This document shows positions 1 through 15,210 of a stretch of 64,000 nt of DNA, piece after piece (the stretch's first letter is position 1; each line of letters starts with the position of its first letter). Source of the DNA: Hormiphora californensis (lineage: Eukaryota; Animalia; Ctenophora); the NCBI GenBank assembly GCA_020137815.1, contig CM035352.1, positions 310,001 through 374,000 of the forward strand, written 5' to 3'. The position numbers and the translations under genes were made by a program. The notes under the pieces are model-generated. The model saw nothing but the letters and a program-made list of their open reading frames with translations, ran no database searches and was not told the DNA's origin.

Positions 1-127
1 TGTCACTCACCCCTCATGCGGAACCCTGTCACACCCGTGCTTGGAGCACAGAAGTCGGAGCGAGGTCACCCCTCACACCCCTTTAGAAATATAAAAGCCA
101 TAGTTACTTTACCGGAAGCTGTTTTGT

Positions 128-312
128 CTAGCATCCTCCAGTCTCCTCAGCGTCAGGATGTGACTGTCGGTTGAGCGCCCCTCCTGGAATCCGTTCTGGG
201 AGTTTGGTCTCGATATAAGGCCGGATGCGATGTAGTAGTATCATGTTCAACGTTTTTGCGACGATTGAAGTTAGTGCAATACCACGGTAGTTCCCAGGCT
301 TGGCATCTTTAA
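128..312 (-). pseudogene. RTE-like non-LTR retrotransposon RT fragment (frameshifted)
   Basis: Translation PGNYRGIALTSIVAKTLNMILLHRIRPYIE matches the NYRxIxL motif of RT domain 1; continues in another frame as QNGFQEGRSTDSHILTLRR. Confidence 0.7.
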
Positions 313-559
313 CACGGTACAGATGCAGTTGATCAAGTAGAGACATGAGTGTATCTACATCACTTAACTGCAGAATACAGGCTCATAGATACAAGGTGAT
401 ATGATACAGTGAGAATCTGGAAATTTGAGACAGCCTCACAAGAGCAGGTGGGTTGTATAATTAGCATCGTTGTGTGAACAGTAATAATAGTTAGCTGGCT
501 TCTTAGTGGTAACATGACGGTATAAAATGCATAAATTTTCGTAGGGGAATAACGTGATA

Positions 560-1990
560 TCCTTATTATAAAGTACAAATGCGTGGCGTGGTGAGGAGTA
601 TGATGGTGACCTATCCACACGTGCAAATAGAGGGGGTTGCCCTGGGAGGTGGCTTGGGAGTGGTATTGGAGGGGAATACTGCACGTGCATGTTATTGTTT
701 GTTTGTTGCGTGTTCCTGTGTTGTTCCTGTGGTGTTTTGGGATCTACTACTGGGGCCGCCATGATTGCCAAAGCCTTTCTACCTACGTACCCCGTTGATT
801 CTCTACACACAGCTACAATTCTACGGATCTTTATCACCTGATTCTACATGTTATTCAACGGGATTTCCCTTGATGTTTATCACCAGCGCTCTACCACTAC
901 CAACCTCCGTATTCTTTACCCCGACATGGAGAGACGAAGATTGAGACGGGGAGAGAGACATATAGAGACGGGGGGGGGGGGGGCTGTTGTAGGACTTCAA
1001 TGGGCTTTCTAGTCTTAATTAAAAGATGCAAATGAGTGGCGTGATGGTGATGTCCTATCCACACGTGCAAATAGAGGGGGTTGCCCTGGGAGGTGGCTTG
1101 GGAGGGGTATTGGAGGGGGATACTGCACGTGCATTTTTTGGTTGTTTGTTGCGTGTTGCTGTGTTGTTCCTGTGGTGTTTTGGGATCTACTGCTTGGGCC
1201 GCCATGATTGCCAAAGCCTTTCTACCTACGTACCCCGTTGATTCTCTACACATGTCTACAATTCTACGGATCTGTATCATCTGATTCTACATGTTATTCA
1301 GCGGGATTTCCCTTGATGTTTATCACCAGCGCTCTACCACTACCAACCTACGTATTCTTTACCCCGACATGGAGAGACGAAGAGTAAGAGGGGGGGACAT
1401 AGAGACGGGTGGGGGGGGGGGGTGTTGTAGGACTTCAATGGGCTTTCTAGTCCTTATTATAAAGTACAAATGAACGTCGTGAGTGTGATGACCTATCCAC
1501 ACGTGCAAATAGAGGGGGGTTGCCAAGGAGGTGCCATAGCCCAGCTGCGCAGCGGGTGATTGAAGGCTGCACGTGCGGGTTGGTGCAGTGGGTGGGAGGG
1601 GTGCTCCTGGGTGAGGGGGTGGGGATTCGGGTCAACGGGTGCTCTACTTCAACGGGTTTTCTAGTCCTTATTATAATTTGCAAATGAGTGGCGTGATGGT
1701 GATGGAGTATCCTAGCTTGCAACACTAGCGTGCAACAATTTGCCCATTTGCCCGTGCGAATCAAGGGGTTGTTATGGTTGCACGTGCATGTCGTTGGTTG
1801 TTTGTTGTGTGTTCCTGCGGTGTTTTGTGGTGTGATGGCATCTACTGTTGATTTCCAGATCTATTCTACCTTCGTACCCCGTTGATTACTCTACACAACT
1901 ACAATTCTGCGGATGTTTATCACCTAATTCGACACGTTTCAAGCGGCTCTCTTCTATACCACTCTACCAACCTCCATCTTCTTCAGCCCG
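560..1990. repeat. Diverged ~445-450 bp tandem repeat (2 full plus partial copies), rich in TGCACGTGCA palindromes
   Basis: The block ccttattataaagtacaaatg...cctatccacacgtgcaaatagagggggttgcc recurs at ~561, ~1013 and ~1451, with a partial copy at ~1665; the parallel ORFs 436-837 and 897-1280 reflect this. Confidence 0.75.
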
Positions 1991-2004
1991 ACACGGACAT
2001 GATA

Positions 2005-2052
2005 AAGAGATGGAGTGAGAGAGTGCCACGAGAGAGAGATACAGAGAGACAA

Positions 2053-2108
<56 letters not shown>

Positions 2109-2712
2109 AAAGTGACGAGAAGGAGAAGAACGAACAGAGTGAAGAGGGAGAGAGAAGAGAAGAGGAGGAGTAGAGAGGAGAGAGAGAGAGGAAAGAGAAG
2201 AGAGAGAGAAGAGAGAGAGAGGAGAGGAGAGATAGAGAGAGAGAGAGAGAGAGATATAATATATTAATGAGATAGATAGAGATAGGATATAGATACATAG
2301 ATAAAGACTTCTAGTTTCATCTTCTCTTCTCATCTCGTCCTCTCTCGTCTCTCCTCTCTACGTCTCCCAACATTCTCTCTCCTCTTCTCTAGTCCTCTAC
2401 GCCTCTATCCTGCTCCTATCTCGTATTCGACCTCTCCATCACTCATGCTACCTAAACATGACAACCTATGATGATCCTCTCTCTCCTCTCTCCTCCTCTT
2501 CTGCTCTTTCTCTCGCGCTCTTCTCTCATCTCGCGTCGCTATCTATCTCTTTCTCTCTCGTTCGATCTCGCTCTCTCTCGCTCCCCTCTCTCTCTATCTC
2601 TCTCTCCTCTCTCTCTCTCTCTCTCCTCTTCTTCTCTCTCTCCCTCTCTCCTCTCTTCTACTCTCTCTCTCCTCTCTCTCTCTCTCCTCTTTCCGTCTCT
2701 ACTCTCTCCTGT
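2005..2712. repeat. GA-rich tract followed by CT-rich tract
   Basis: (GA)n at 2005-2300 and (CT)n at 2310-2712 are directly visible. Confidence 0.9.
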
Positions 2713-3522
2713 TATCTAACGGGTTTCAACCAAGGGATACAACCACGGGCTTCACACGTTCAATAATAATTCTGTATGCAGTTCGGAATGACGACATGAA
2801 AACAGTAATAGTACCTTTAAAACTGGCCAGGGTGCCTAAAGCCAAAGCCATACTACCTCAACATATACTCAAAAGAGATGCAACTATCAGAGAAATGGCC
2901 AGTAAAGCAAACATTAACTACAGGAAGAAGATTGCACGGCCATGCATACAAATGCACACACAAGTCACAAGAATAAAGCTACACAGTTATATGAAAAAGC
3001 ACCTACCACCCATTTTTCCAACACTGGAATCACGAAAAGCATTGAAATTCATAGACATGGTGCCCTATTTCTGGGATTAATGATTGTTATTTGTCTAGGC
3101 TGGTCGATTTCGGTTTAACTTTGGAACTGAGGTGTTACCAAGGCTTTCCACGTGCATCGCGTTTCAATAGGGTCCCCGATACACTAAAAAAAGGTAACCA
3201 ATTTCCGGGTATGGAAATTGGGTATGTTATATCTTTGCTCGTGGTGGGTTTCAGGAAATATTTAGGGTGCATTTTGAAGGCAATGGCCAAGTTATGGGGT
3301 CAATGTTGGACTTTTAAGCTCTATTGGAGAGAGGTCCGATATTGTCCCCGCATAACTTGCACATTGCCTTCAAAATGCATCCCTGATAATTTCCTGAAAC
3401 CCACCACATCATCTCAGTTCCAAAATTGACCCCAAAATGACGCTAATCAACTAGCGATCTGGTTGAACTGGAGAAAAATTAGGTGAAGCTATTAACGAAT
3501 ACCGGGGAAATATCACAAAACC

Positions 3523-6052
<2,530 letters not shown>

Positions 6053-6647
6053 ACAAAACCCAAGTGAACGCTTTAAAGGTTGACAAGATACCTAAAACTT
6101 TTCTTTAAAGGTTGACAAGATACCTAAAACTTTTCGTATATCGTCTTATTTTGATTTATCATTAATTTTCAGCATTTTTTCAGAATTTTTTGTCGGCTAG
6201 AAAAAAATTCGAAATAGGGGGTCTACCGATATTGTCAGCACTGGTTTTACTGGGCACACTCACTGCGTCTCGCAAATTGAAATTCACGTTTTCGGTTCCT
6301 CAAAAGATAAAGACTTGATCTTGGTTGCGTTGGATTGATCTCAATAAGACCTTTCCAACGCTACCAAAACGGTTTCTGTATCTCATCAGGAACCGGAGCC
6401 CAGTGTCAAAGTTCGGGTATCCAGGGATCCTGGCTGCTAGTCAATTTTATCGCCAAAATATCTAGTCAATTTTCTAAAATGGGAAAATTATAGTGAGAAA
6501 TTGAGAAAATGGTATATTTACTGTTGTAGCACATTTAAAAAAACAAGGTAAATAGGGATGACAAACTTCAAATCACCATCTATGTATTTTCTGTAATTTA
6601 CAGAACATTGTTTTGCTCTGATTTTCACCACCTCCATTCTTACATTT

Positions 6648-6719
6648 TCCATCAGTGGTGTAGTGGTTACACCATGGACTCTCACCCCGATGATCAGGGT
6701 TCGAATCCGGATGGGGTGA
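6648..6719 (+). pseudogene. tRNA-Glu(CTC)-like degenerate sequence / Pol III A+B box cassette
   Basis: tccatcagTGGTGTAGTGGttacaccatggactCTCaccccgatgatcagGGTTCGAATCCgg; A and B boxes intact, stems poorly paired, T-runs downstream. Confidence 0.6.
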
Positions 6720-7013
6720 TTTGGCTTACTTTTTACTTTCATGATTTTTTCTCTCTTTATTCATACCAGTGTGTTGTAACATGACACTGATAGTGATAAC
6801 ATCACAATATCATAGAAGAACACTTGTCAGTGAATATGTGTGAGATCTCGCTCATCGATGTCAGGATCTCTAGTCGGTAGAGAGGGAGCCTAGGAGGTAG
6901 CCTGTGATAGTCACGGATCCCGCAGCGCACGATAAGGCTAATTGCTGAAAAGTCATGCTTTGTAGACTAGAGATCCAAACATTATATACAGCGCTGAATA
7001 GTGAAATAAGCAC

Positions 7014-7086
7014 AAGGTTGGTGGTCGAGTGGTATGATTCTCGCCTGTCAATGCGGGAGACCCGGGTTCGATCCTCAGGTTTGACA
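7014..7086 (+). pseudogene. tRNA-Gly/Asp-like degenerate sequence / Pol III A+B box cassette
   Basis: ggttggTGGTCGAGTGGtatgattctcgcctGTCaatgcgggagacccgGGTTCGATCCtc; resembles a Gly/Asp tRNA body, acceptor stem broken, T-run at ~7104. Confidence 0.6.
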
Positions 7087-9166
7087 TAAATTCCTAAACA
7101 TTGTTTTTTATTTTTTTAAATGTAACCCTTTGTTAATATAGTAATCTAGTTAATTAATCAATATGTTGAAACTTAATTATTAAAATAGAAACATTTGTTT
7201 CCATCCTAGTCAAATTTTTTTTTAAATCAGGATCCTAGTCGGATTGAGATACTTTGACACTGGGAACCGGAGATATTACGGTATCAATTTTAAAAAAGGC
7301 ACACTCATTTGTCAGTAGACCCCCTATTTTGCACATATTTCTAGCCGACAAAAAATTCTGAAAAAATGCTGAAAATTAATGATAAATCAAAATAAGACGA
7401 TATACGAAAAGTTTTAGGTATCTTGTCAACCTTTAATCGTATTTTTGCGATTTATCAGGAGTTTTAAGCATTTTTTTCAGATTTTTTTTGTCGTGTAGAA
7501 AAATATTCAAAATAGGGTGCTTTCCTGCGCCACGCCGCAATTCTTTATAAAGTACTCCCCAAACTACTATGTCCCTCACTCGGGTTTTGTGAAATTTCCC
7601 ACGGTCATAACTCCACTCCCTGATGAGATAAAGACTTGAAATTTGTTTTGTAGGAAGAACTCGACATGATCTCCTCACAAAACAAATTTCAAGTCTCTAT
7701 CTCATCAGGGGTGGAGCTATGGCTGTCTAAAATCCGGTCGCGCGCAGCAAGGGACATAATAGTTTGGGAGGACCTTTTATTAGTTGTTTGGATGATGAAA
7801 GAGTATATTCCAGTGAAGATTTCAGCCACGCTATACTTTTTCAGCAACCAAAAGTGTGTCGCGGCACTGGAGAGCGCCCTACTTTGAATATTTTTGTACA
7901 CGACAAAAAAATCTGAAAAAATGCTTAAAACTCCTGATAAATCGAAAAAATACGATTAACGAAAAATTTTAGGTAAAATCAAATAAAATTGGAATGAAAG
8001 AGTGGTTTATCTAGTTCTTTCTGTATTCATGTATGGTAGCAAATCTTCCAATTTAATCGCAAGTGACTCAAGTAAACTCATGGTTGAAGCACTTAGTTGA
8101 AGCACTTAGTAACAAACTAGGCCTAGGGTCTCCTGTGCAACTGCCTTGGTTACCATAGCAACCGCTTTTATTGCCATAGCAACTATCCTAGTTACATTAG
8201 TAAATAATGTCGCATCAGCCAAAATATGCTCTTTGAGCACACAATTCATCAAGAAATCCTGTTTGAAGCTTATTCATCAATTTTACATCAATTTGTGGCA
8301 GGGACACACCGCACTATAATACATAATAGGGGGTCTTTATAAACCCGGATACTGGATAGCCCGGATAGTCCGGATAATAGGTAATTTTAGCTATTGCAGT
8401 ATATACGAGCTGGAATATATTCCGTTGATCTTGCCCAGATAACTTGTATAGCCCGAATAGATCAGATAATAGTATTTAACTCACCCGTCATCATGGTGCC
8501 AACAGCAGCGCTAGCAGGGAAGATTATGTGTTAACACTGAAAAGCACAATGAGCCGAAGAAAAAATTCACTTTTCAGGAGAGGGAAAACTGCGACTGGTA
8601 CATGGACCAAAAACTACCTCAGCCCACCCTTGGATCATGACCACATCCCCTCCAAACCCAAGGGTGCCCAGTGCCCACGGGCAACTCGAAATCCAAGTGG
8701 TAATCACGTTCAGCATCCAGGTGAAGCCGGGATATCGGTTACATAAACTCACGCACGAGCGACCGAAAATCTGAGGAAGCTGGTGATTTACCATGAATGC
8801 TGCATTCGTGGTAAAGCACCAGCTTTTAAGTGGTAACACACCAATCCATACCCACAAAATTTGGTGATCTTACCGTACTAGTCAGGACCACTATTGGTGC
8901 ACGGTCGTGCCCAATGAAGGAGTGCTTGGATCGTCTTGAAACCGGTTTTAGGTTGACTAATGCATATCCAAGAGTGTCTGTTAGTTGTTTGGGTGATGTT
9001 CTGACAATCCAATCACGAGTTATGACCAAAAAAAACAGTTAAAAAATACGTTTTAAAGTGACAAAAAGCAGGACCTGAATACAGCTCTTATATGAAGGGA
9101 GGGGGCTTTGAAACTTCTTGTGTGAACAGAGAATCGTCCAAATGTACAGTCTCAACTTCGATATAA

Positions 9167-11075
9167 TAGGGTGTTGGATTTTAAAATCAATTTTTTGTAA
9201 CTCATCTTACTAGATGGAATTTTTAACGCTGATTCCGAATCTGTCAAAATTTTTGATCTACGAGCATGTCTTCAGGTGTAACCGTGCTCCTAAATGAACT
9301 TGACTGTGCGCTGCGTTCCACTGCTGACACTATGATAGACTATCACGTGATCATGTCACGTGCTCTCTCCCCCAACCCAATTAGTTGCGCTCGCGATCTT
9401 ACACACGAGCACGTCACTTTAGACCTGTGGAAACATCTCTCTCCAGTAGGCTGTAGGTGAGAGATGTTTTTCACTTTCTAACCAAAATTCCGAGATTAAG
9501 GAACGTATTAATTTGAAGGGAATATGAGAATATGAAATGCCAAGAATTTTAGAACACAAAACAGACGCATCATGAAACTTCATAGAAGCTAAATAGTATG
9601 TTTCCGGCTGAACATTTGTGGATATATATCTCAGATATAAAATACAATGGTCATGTGTACTGTGTAGAATAAAATTACTTGAACATTGGTCTGCAGTCTG
9701 CAGTGCAGACCCTGCACCCTAGAAGTCAAAATTGCTTGCCTTGTTGAATATAACATAAAATTGCTATTTCATCTCAATATCAGTCAGTGGTCATAACTTC
9801 ACATATTCCAAATACAACTGGGTAGTTCAGGCTCTGAATTCGGTGGTTGAACAGACTTCTAAATTAGAAAATAGGTTGTGAATACATTATAGATGTTTTT
9901 TGTATTACTAAAATTATAACAAAATCCTCAGTCACAAATATGTCAAGACTGCTAGATGACAATACTGAAGTACCTTTTTCTTTCCAAAGCATGGGGAGGT
10001 AAACATGAACAAGTCTTCGACCAACTGCATCTCTAACTTATTTCTTGTTTACCGCTCGCCCTCTTGGTGTTGGCACTTGGCGATAAGTTTTGTCAAGGCT
10101 CTGAAGGGGAACAAGAATGGAGAAATATACTAATGTATGTACTACAAACTAAACGGCAGGTTGGCTGAAAAGCAACATACAACAAGCAACATATAGTTCT
10201 AAGTACTGACCGCTTAATCCCCATTTCTCTAGCTGTTGCTACGTTATTCTGAGTAAAAACTTCCAAAACAGCCCGTATTGTTAGGTTTATGGTATTATCA
10301 TTCCCAACTGCTTTGGTAGAACCGGAGGCAAGCTGGTCTTCTTCCTTTATAGCAAGAAAATGTGCGAGAACGTTCAGATAATTTAAAGCAATGTGGGGCT
10401 GGTTAATATCGATTTTAACAGAGCCAATAAATTCGTTGAGGGATCCAAAAGTCATCGAGATAGTCAAGCAAATAATGATATCATGATACGAGTTGGGAAA
10501 AGGTAGTCTCTTTCTCAAAACACGTGATTTGTCACGTGTTTTAAGACAATCCCGTCTCAAAGTGGTCGGGATTTGGAACATCCTACTCGATCTACTGATT
10601 GAGATTTACTAACTAGGTACTTCCTCTTTCAGATCTCTTCCTGTTGCTCGGACCACACTTAAGTTCAGGTCTTGTTTCAGGAAACACCCCTAAATTAGTA
10701 GCCTGCTCTTGCATTTGGATCAATGGAAGTTGGAACCAGTGTCTGTATATCTTTTCAGAATTCCAATATAATATTTCCAATCTCTCTCCCTCTCTCAGGG
10801 TTTAACCATTACATTTCTCTCTGAGTGACGCGTTCGTGTGTAAGATCGCGAGCGCAACTAATTGGGTTGGGGGAGAGAGCACGTGACATGATCACGTGAT
10901 AGTCTATCATAGTGTCAGCAGTGGAACGCAGCGCACAGTCAAGTTCATTTAGGAGCACGGTTACACCTGAAGACATGCTCGTAGATCAAAAATTTTGACA
11001 GATTTGGAATCAGCGTTAAAAATTCCATCTAGTAAGATGAGTTACAAAAAATTGATTTTAAAATCCAACACCCTA
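9167..11075. mobile_element. Non-autonomous hAT-like element
   Basis: ~250-bp near-perfect TIRs beginning TAGGGTGTTGGATTTT; 8-bp TSD CGATATAA at 9159-9166 and 11076-11083. Confidence 0.85.
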
Positions 11076-11412
11076 CGATATAATATGTGGTTTCTATTGT
11101 TTGTAGTTATCTAATTAGACATGTGAGAAGTTGCTCACGGGGGCCTCTAATACTGTGTGTTCTTGCTTGTGAAGTGATCACTTGACGAGATTTATCCAAT
11201 CAGAGAGCAGATTAAAGCATACAAGCGGTGAGAGCAAGCAATATGGGACAGAAGAAGTATCGAATCACCATGTTTTCCACACAAGGAGTTTCAAAGCTCA
11301 TTCCCTTCATATAGTTTAGTTTAGTTTAAAATAAATGGAACGAAAAACAGTGAGAATTAATAAATAATTGTACCACCTCGTTCGGACTAAAAAAAAAAAA
11401 GGAAGAAAAGAA

Positions 11413-11762
11413 TATACACACACACACTCACACACACACATGTGCGCGCACACACACACACACACATACCCACTCACACACGCTAACACACACTCACACC
11501 CCCACACTCACACACACACACAAAAAACGGACACACAACACACACGCATACAATCACCCACACGCGTACACGCACACACGCCCACTCGTACTCACAATCA
11601 CCCGAAATCACCAAAAAAACGCTCCCACTAAACTCTAACGAGACTGCAATATTGCACAAAAAAAATCACCAACTAACACAGTACATACCGGTCAAGCCCA
11701 CACACACACACTCACACACACACACACACACACACGTACACACACACTCACACGCACACCCA
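11413..11762. repeat. Imperfect (CA)n microsatellite region
   Basis: Directly visible. Confidence 0.85.
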
Positions 11763-12204
11763 AGCATGCAGGTAGAGTTAGATAAACGTGGGCTGCAATA
11801 TATATATATAAGGGCTACCAGGATAAGTATCGTATAATTGTTTATATGAGCCGCATGATAATAGTCTGTTGTAGGCTGATGAAGATGTTGTTACATCGAA
11901 ACCACCTTATTTTCATTTTGTCCCTGTTGACCCAGCCGGAAAGAAGATATCATCTCTACAGACTATGTAAGGGCTGTGTTCAAGTTTTGCCTTTTGTCAC
12001 TTTAAAACGTCCTTTTTGACTGTTTTTCGGTCATAAATCGTGATTGGATTGTCAGAACATCACCCAAGTAGCTGTATGTATATGCATTAGTAGCTGTATG
12101 TACATGCATTAGTTAACTTAAAAGACGATCCAAGCACTCCTTGGCCTTCCTTGGGCACGACTGCACACCAATAGTGGTCCTGACTATAATAGTGGTGTAA
12201 CGCT

Positions 12205-12400
12205 CCAGTTACAGATTTGGAACCGGGTGTCAGTTTCCTGATGGGAGATTCCCCGACGAACCATGCTGCGTGTCATCATTTACAATGCACGGCTAAATTT
12301 ACAGCTAGAATGAATGGGGAGTTGAGCAGGATTCATTGTGAGCAGTGTACAAATTCTCGCGCATCAGGAAACTGACGCCCGGTTTCAAATCTGTAACTGG
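12205..12400. mobile_element. Small MITE / inverted repeat
   Basis: ccagttacagatttggaaccgggtgtcagtttcctgatg mirrored by catcaggaaactgacgcccggtttcaaatctgtaactgg. Confidence 0.6.
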
Positions 12401-12818
12401 TCCCTTACTCCCCCTAATTAAGTCAAATTTAGGTCATTTACCTCTCAATACTAATAAAACATATATATCCGATTTCTACTTTCAGCACTCATTCGCTGGT
12501 AATTTGATATTTGAGGGATAATTTGAGGGATAAAATGACAAACGGTGTAGGATTTTGGCTACTTGTGAACCGCACAAAATATTCATTTTCGTTTCATCAA
12601 GGAAAACAAAATGTTTGCACTACATTTTAGTTTTGTTTTTAGCCGAACAAAAAGACAGTAAAGACAGTAAAGTATAACCTCTCTCCAGGCCAAGAGAAAT
12701 AGATTTAAGACATCTTTGTTGAAAAACAGAGTACATAGAGTATAAACATAAAAATTCCAAAGTCCACGTTAAACATATACAATGTAATGTTATGGCAATA
12801 CAGAATCAATGACAAACT

Positions 12819-13844
12819 TTATTTTGTGTTTCTCTTGTTGATGATATTTTTAATATAGTACTCTCCTGCCTTATACGATGATCGAACTAACGGCCCGCTC
12901 GCAACATAAGAGAAGCCCATCTCCATCCCAACCTTTTCCCATTGACTGAATGCTTCTGGCGTTACATACTCTTGAACTTTGAGGTGACGTATAGTCGGTT
13001 GCATGTACTGCCCAAAAGTAACAACGTCCACATCATTTGATCTAAGATCTCGGAGGGTCTCCAGTACCTCCTCTTTAGTTTCTCCGAGACCCAGCATAAG
13101 CGATGTCTTGGTGACAACACTATCAGTTTTCTGCTTCGCTCTTACCAGAACATCCATACTCTGTTTATAGTTAGCCCTAGGATCACGTACAAATCGTTGC
13201 AACCTGTTCACAGTTTCTATATTGTGAGCGAAAACATTCAGGCCTGATGTAGCAAGGACTTCTACTGCCGCAAGATCACCTCTGAAGTCTGGAGACAAAA
13301 CCTCGATAAGTAGTGCCGGGCATTCTTTTTTAAGGGCAGTGACACAATCTGCGAGGTGTTGTGCACCGCCATCAGCTACATCGTCTCTATCAACTGAGGT
13401 AAGTACAACGTAATCAACACCCCACTGAGACACCGCCATGGCAGTATTCCTTGGTTCCTCAGCATCAAGTGGCGGCGGAGTTCGGGACGTTTTAACAGAA
13501 CAAAAACGACACCCTCTTGTACACTCTTCACCCATTAACATAATGGTGGCTGTAGCAGTAGCAGTTTCCCCTCCACCCCAACATTCTCCAATGTTTGGGC
13601 ACCTAGCCTCTTCACAAACAGTGGCCAGCTTTAATCCCCGTAAATCCTTTTTTAGCCGGGAATAGTTTTCTCCTTTCGGGATTGGTGTTTGGAGCCACCT
13701 TGGTAAACGTTTTCGCTCTTTTTTCGCTTTCTTTTCTAATCCCTTTGTAATGAAGTGATCAAGATCAGGTCCATCTTTCAAATATGAAGCTCCAGAAAAT
13801 AATCTCTGCTTCCGAAAATGAAGATTTATCTGACGGAATATCAT
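12819..13844 (-). CDS. LIAS: Mitochondrial lipoyl synthase (radical SAM), single coding exon, 341 aa
   Basis: [12 protein letters not shown] (CX4CX5C auxiliary cluster), CTRGCRFC (radical SAM CX3CX2C), TSVDRDD, HNIETV, GQYMQP and C-terminal VRSSYKA; Arg-rich N-terminal presequence. Confidence 0.97.
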   Translation of the reverse strand: MIFRQINLHFRKQRLFSGASYLKDGPDLDHFITKGLEKKAKKERKRLPRWLQTPIPKGENYSRLKKDLRGLKLATVCEEARCPNIGECWGGGETATATATIMLMGEECTRGCRFCSVKTSRTPPPLDAEEPRNTAMAVSQWGVDYVVLTSVDRDDVADGGAQHLADCVTALKKECPALLIEVLSPDFRGDLAAVEVLATSGLNVFAHNIETVNRLQRFVRDPRANYKQSMDVLVRAKQKTDSVVTKTSLMLGLGETKEEVLETLRDLRSNDVDVVTFGQYMQPTIRHLKVQEYVTPEAFSQWEKVGMEMGFSYVASGPLVRSSYKAGEYYIKNIINKRNTK

Positions 13845-14994
13845 ACGCTAAAAGAAGATAATTTGCATTATGTTATAACATAACGCTGAATTTCCCTGGC
13901 GTGTGAAGCTGTTAAGAAAAGATATCGTCCCTAGTAAACACACGAATTCTGTAAGTTGCGTTTACAGATCTGTAATTGTCTTCTTTGATCGTTCTACCCC
14001 ACCCTGGTCCCCGCTGAAAACCATAACAAATAATCACTGCGCTGGCAAGCGCAAAGGTGGCCCCATCCCCTCCCCCCTAAAACTTTTCCCAAAAAAGTGG
14101 GCCCGCTTGCCAACAGCGTAGATATAACAATTTTGAAGTTTTAGCCCATTTTGGCACTTTTCGACCCCTCCTAACTCCGGAACCAGATGAGCTAGGAGGC
14201 TGACATTTGGTACTAAGAAGCTTCACATAGACTTCTACTGACGATAAAAATTTCAAGTAGCTAGCTCATTCCGGTCGCAAGTTATGACACCACCCCCAAA
14301 ACAGAAAATTCAGTGTGGCGATAGGTATATATATATATATATAGATAGATATAGACGCTTCACTGTGTAACACTTGTAGCCCGAACCATACTAGCTAGAG
14401 ACTTGAACCAAGTTTTATCCGTTAGGAAATCGTTCGGGGCATGCATTAGTTAAGGTTTCAAGTGAAAATGTCCACTATGACGGGTGTAATGACGTCACAA
14501 AGTGACGTCATTGCAAAATCTTATACCAAAAAATTTCAAACGCCTCTAACACCCTCAAGACGTACTCTGATTCCTGATTTGACGGAAAATCGTTGGTGGC
14601 AAATTGTCTGAACTTTCAGATACTATATCGTGAATTTCTGTAACGTGTCATTTTCAGACCTTAAAACGCGTCGGAACTCAAAAATTTGATATAAAAATCC
14701 TCATAAAAACTCACATTTCGTGCAATAACTTCAGTTCTTGACTACCGTGGCCTTCAAAACTTTACACACGTTTAGTGCTTAACATTAGCCAAATAGTCTG
14801 TCATAATTTTTGACGTCGTCGTGACGTCATATGCGACGTCACGACGTCAAAATGACGTCGAATTTTGAAAATTTCTTCAAATCAGTTTCCTATAACCTAG
14901 GATACACTTTCATTAAATTTGAACACTTTAATTTGACAATTAGCTTAATTGTTTAAGGTCATAAATGACCTCAAACGACCAAAAAAGAGTACAA

Positions 14995-15210
14995 ATTTAG
15001 AGCAAAAACTAATTGAAATTAGTTCGCCGGAAAGGTGGCCCATTTGGTTCTTACTCCTTCATTTCCGTCACCTTTGAGTTGAGGCTTCAAAGACATTGAG
15101 GTATCCGTATACTTTTCCGCCTTCAACTCAAAGGTGACGGAAATGAAGGAGTAAGAACCAAATGGGCCACCTTTCCGGCGAACTAATTTCAATTAGTTTT
15201 TGCTCTAAAT
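14995..15210. repeat. Near-perfect hairpin, ~90-bp arms with ~32-bp loop
   Basis: atttagagcaaaaactaattgaaattagttcgccggaaagg...gagttgaggc mirrored at 15119-15210. Confidence 0.85.

Larger units (their letters stand above)
6109..7432. mobile_element. Non-autonomous Kolobok-like DNA transposon (TTAA TSD, AG...CT termini) carrying two tRNA-like cassettes
   Basis: ~95-bp TIR AGGTTGACAAGATACCTAAAACTTTTCGTATATCG...; TTAA at 6105-6108 and 7433-7436. Related left ends at ~16413 and ~18115. Confidence 0.8.
6077..7975. mobile_element. Older Kolobok-like element hosting the 6109-7432 insertion in its left TIR
   Basis: TTAA|AGGTTGACAAGATACCTAAAACTTTTC at 6073-6103, resumes at 7433 (ttaatcgtatttt...) and is mirrored at 7870-7975; right terminus degraded. 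Confidence 0.6.
8879..12187. mobile_element. Old Tc1/mariner-like MITE with ~210-bp diverged TIRs, hosting nested insertions
   Basis: tagtcaggaccactattggtg... (8879-9093) mirrored at 11964-12187; TA flanks. Confidence 0.55.
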
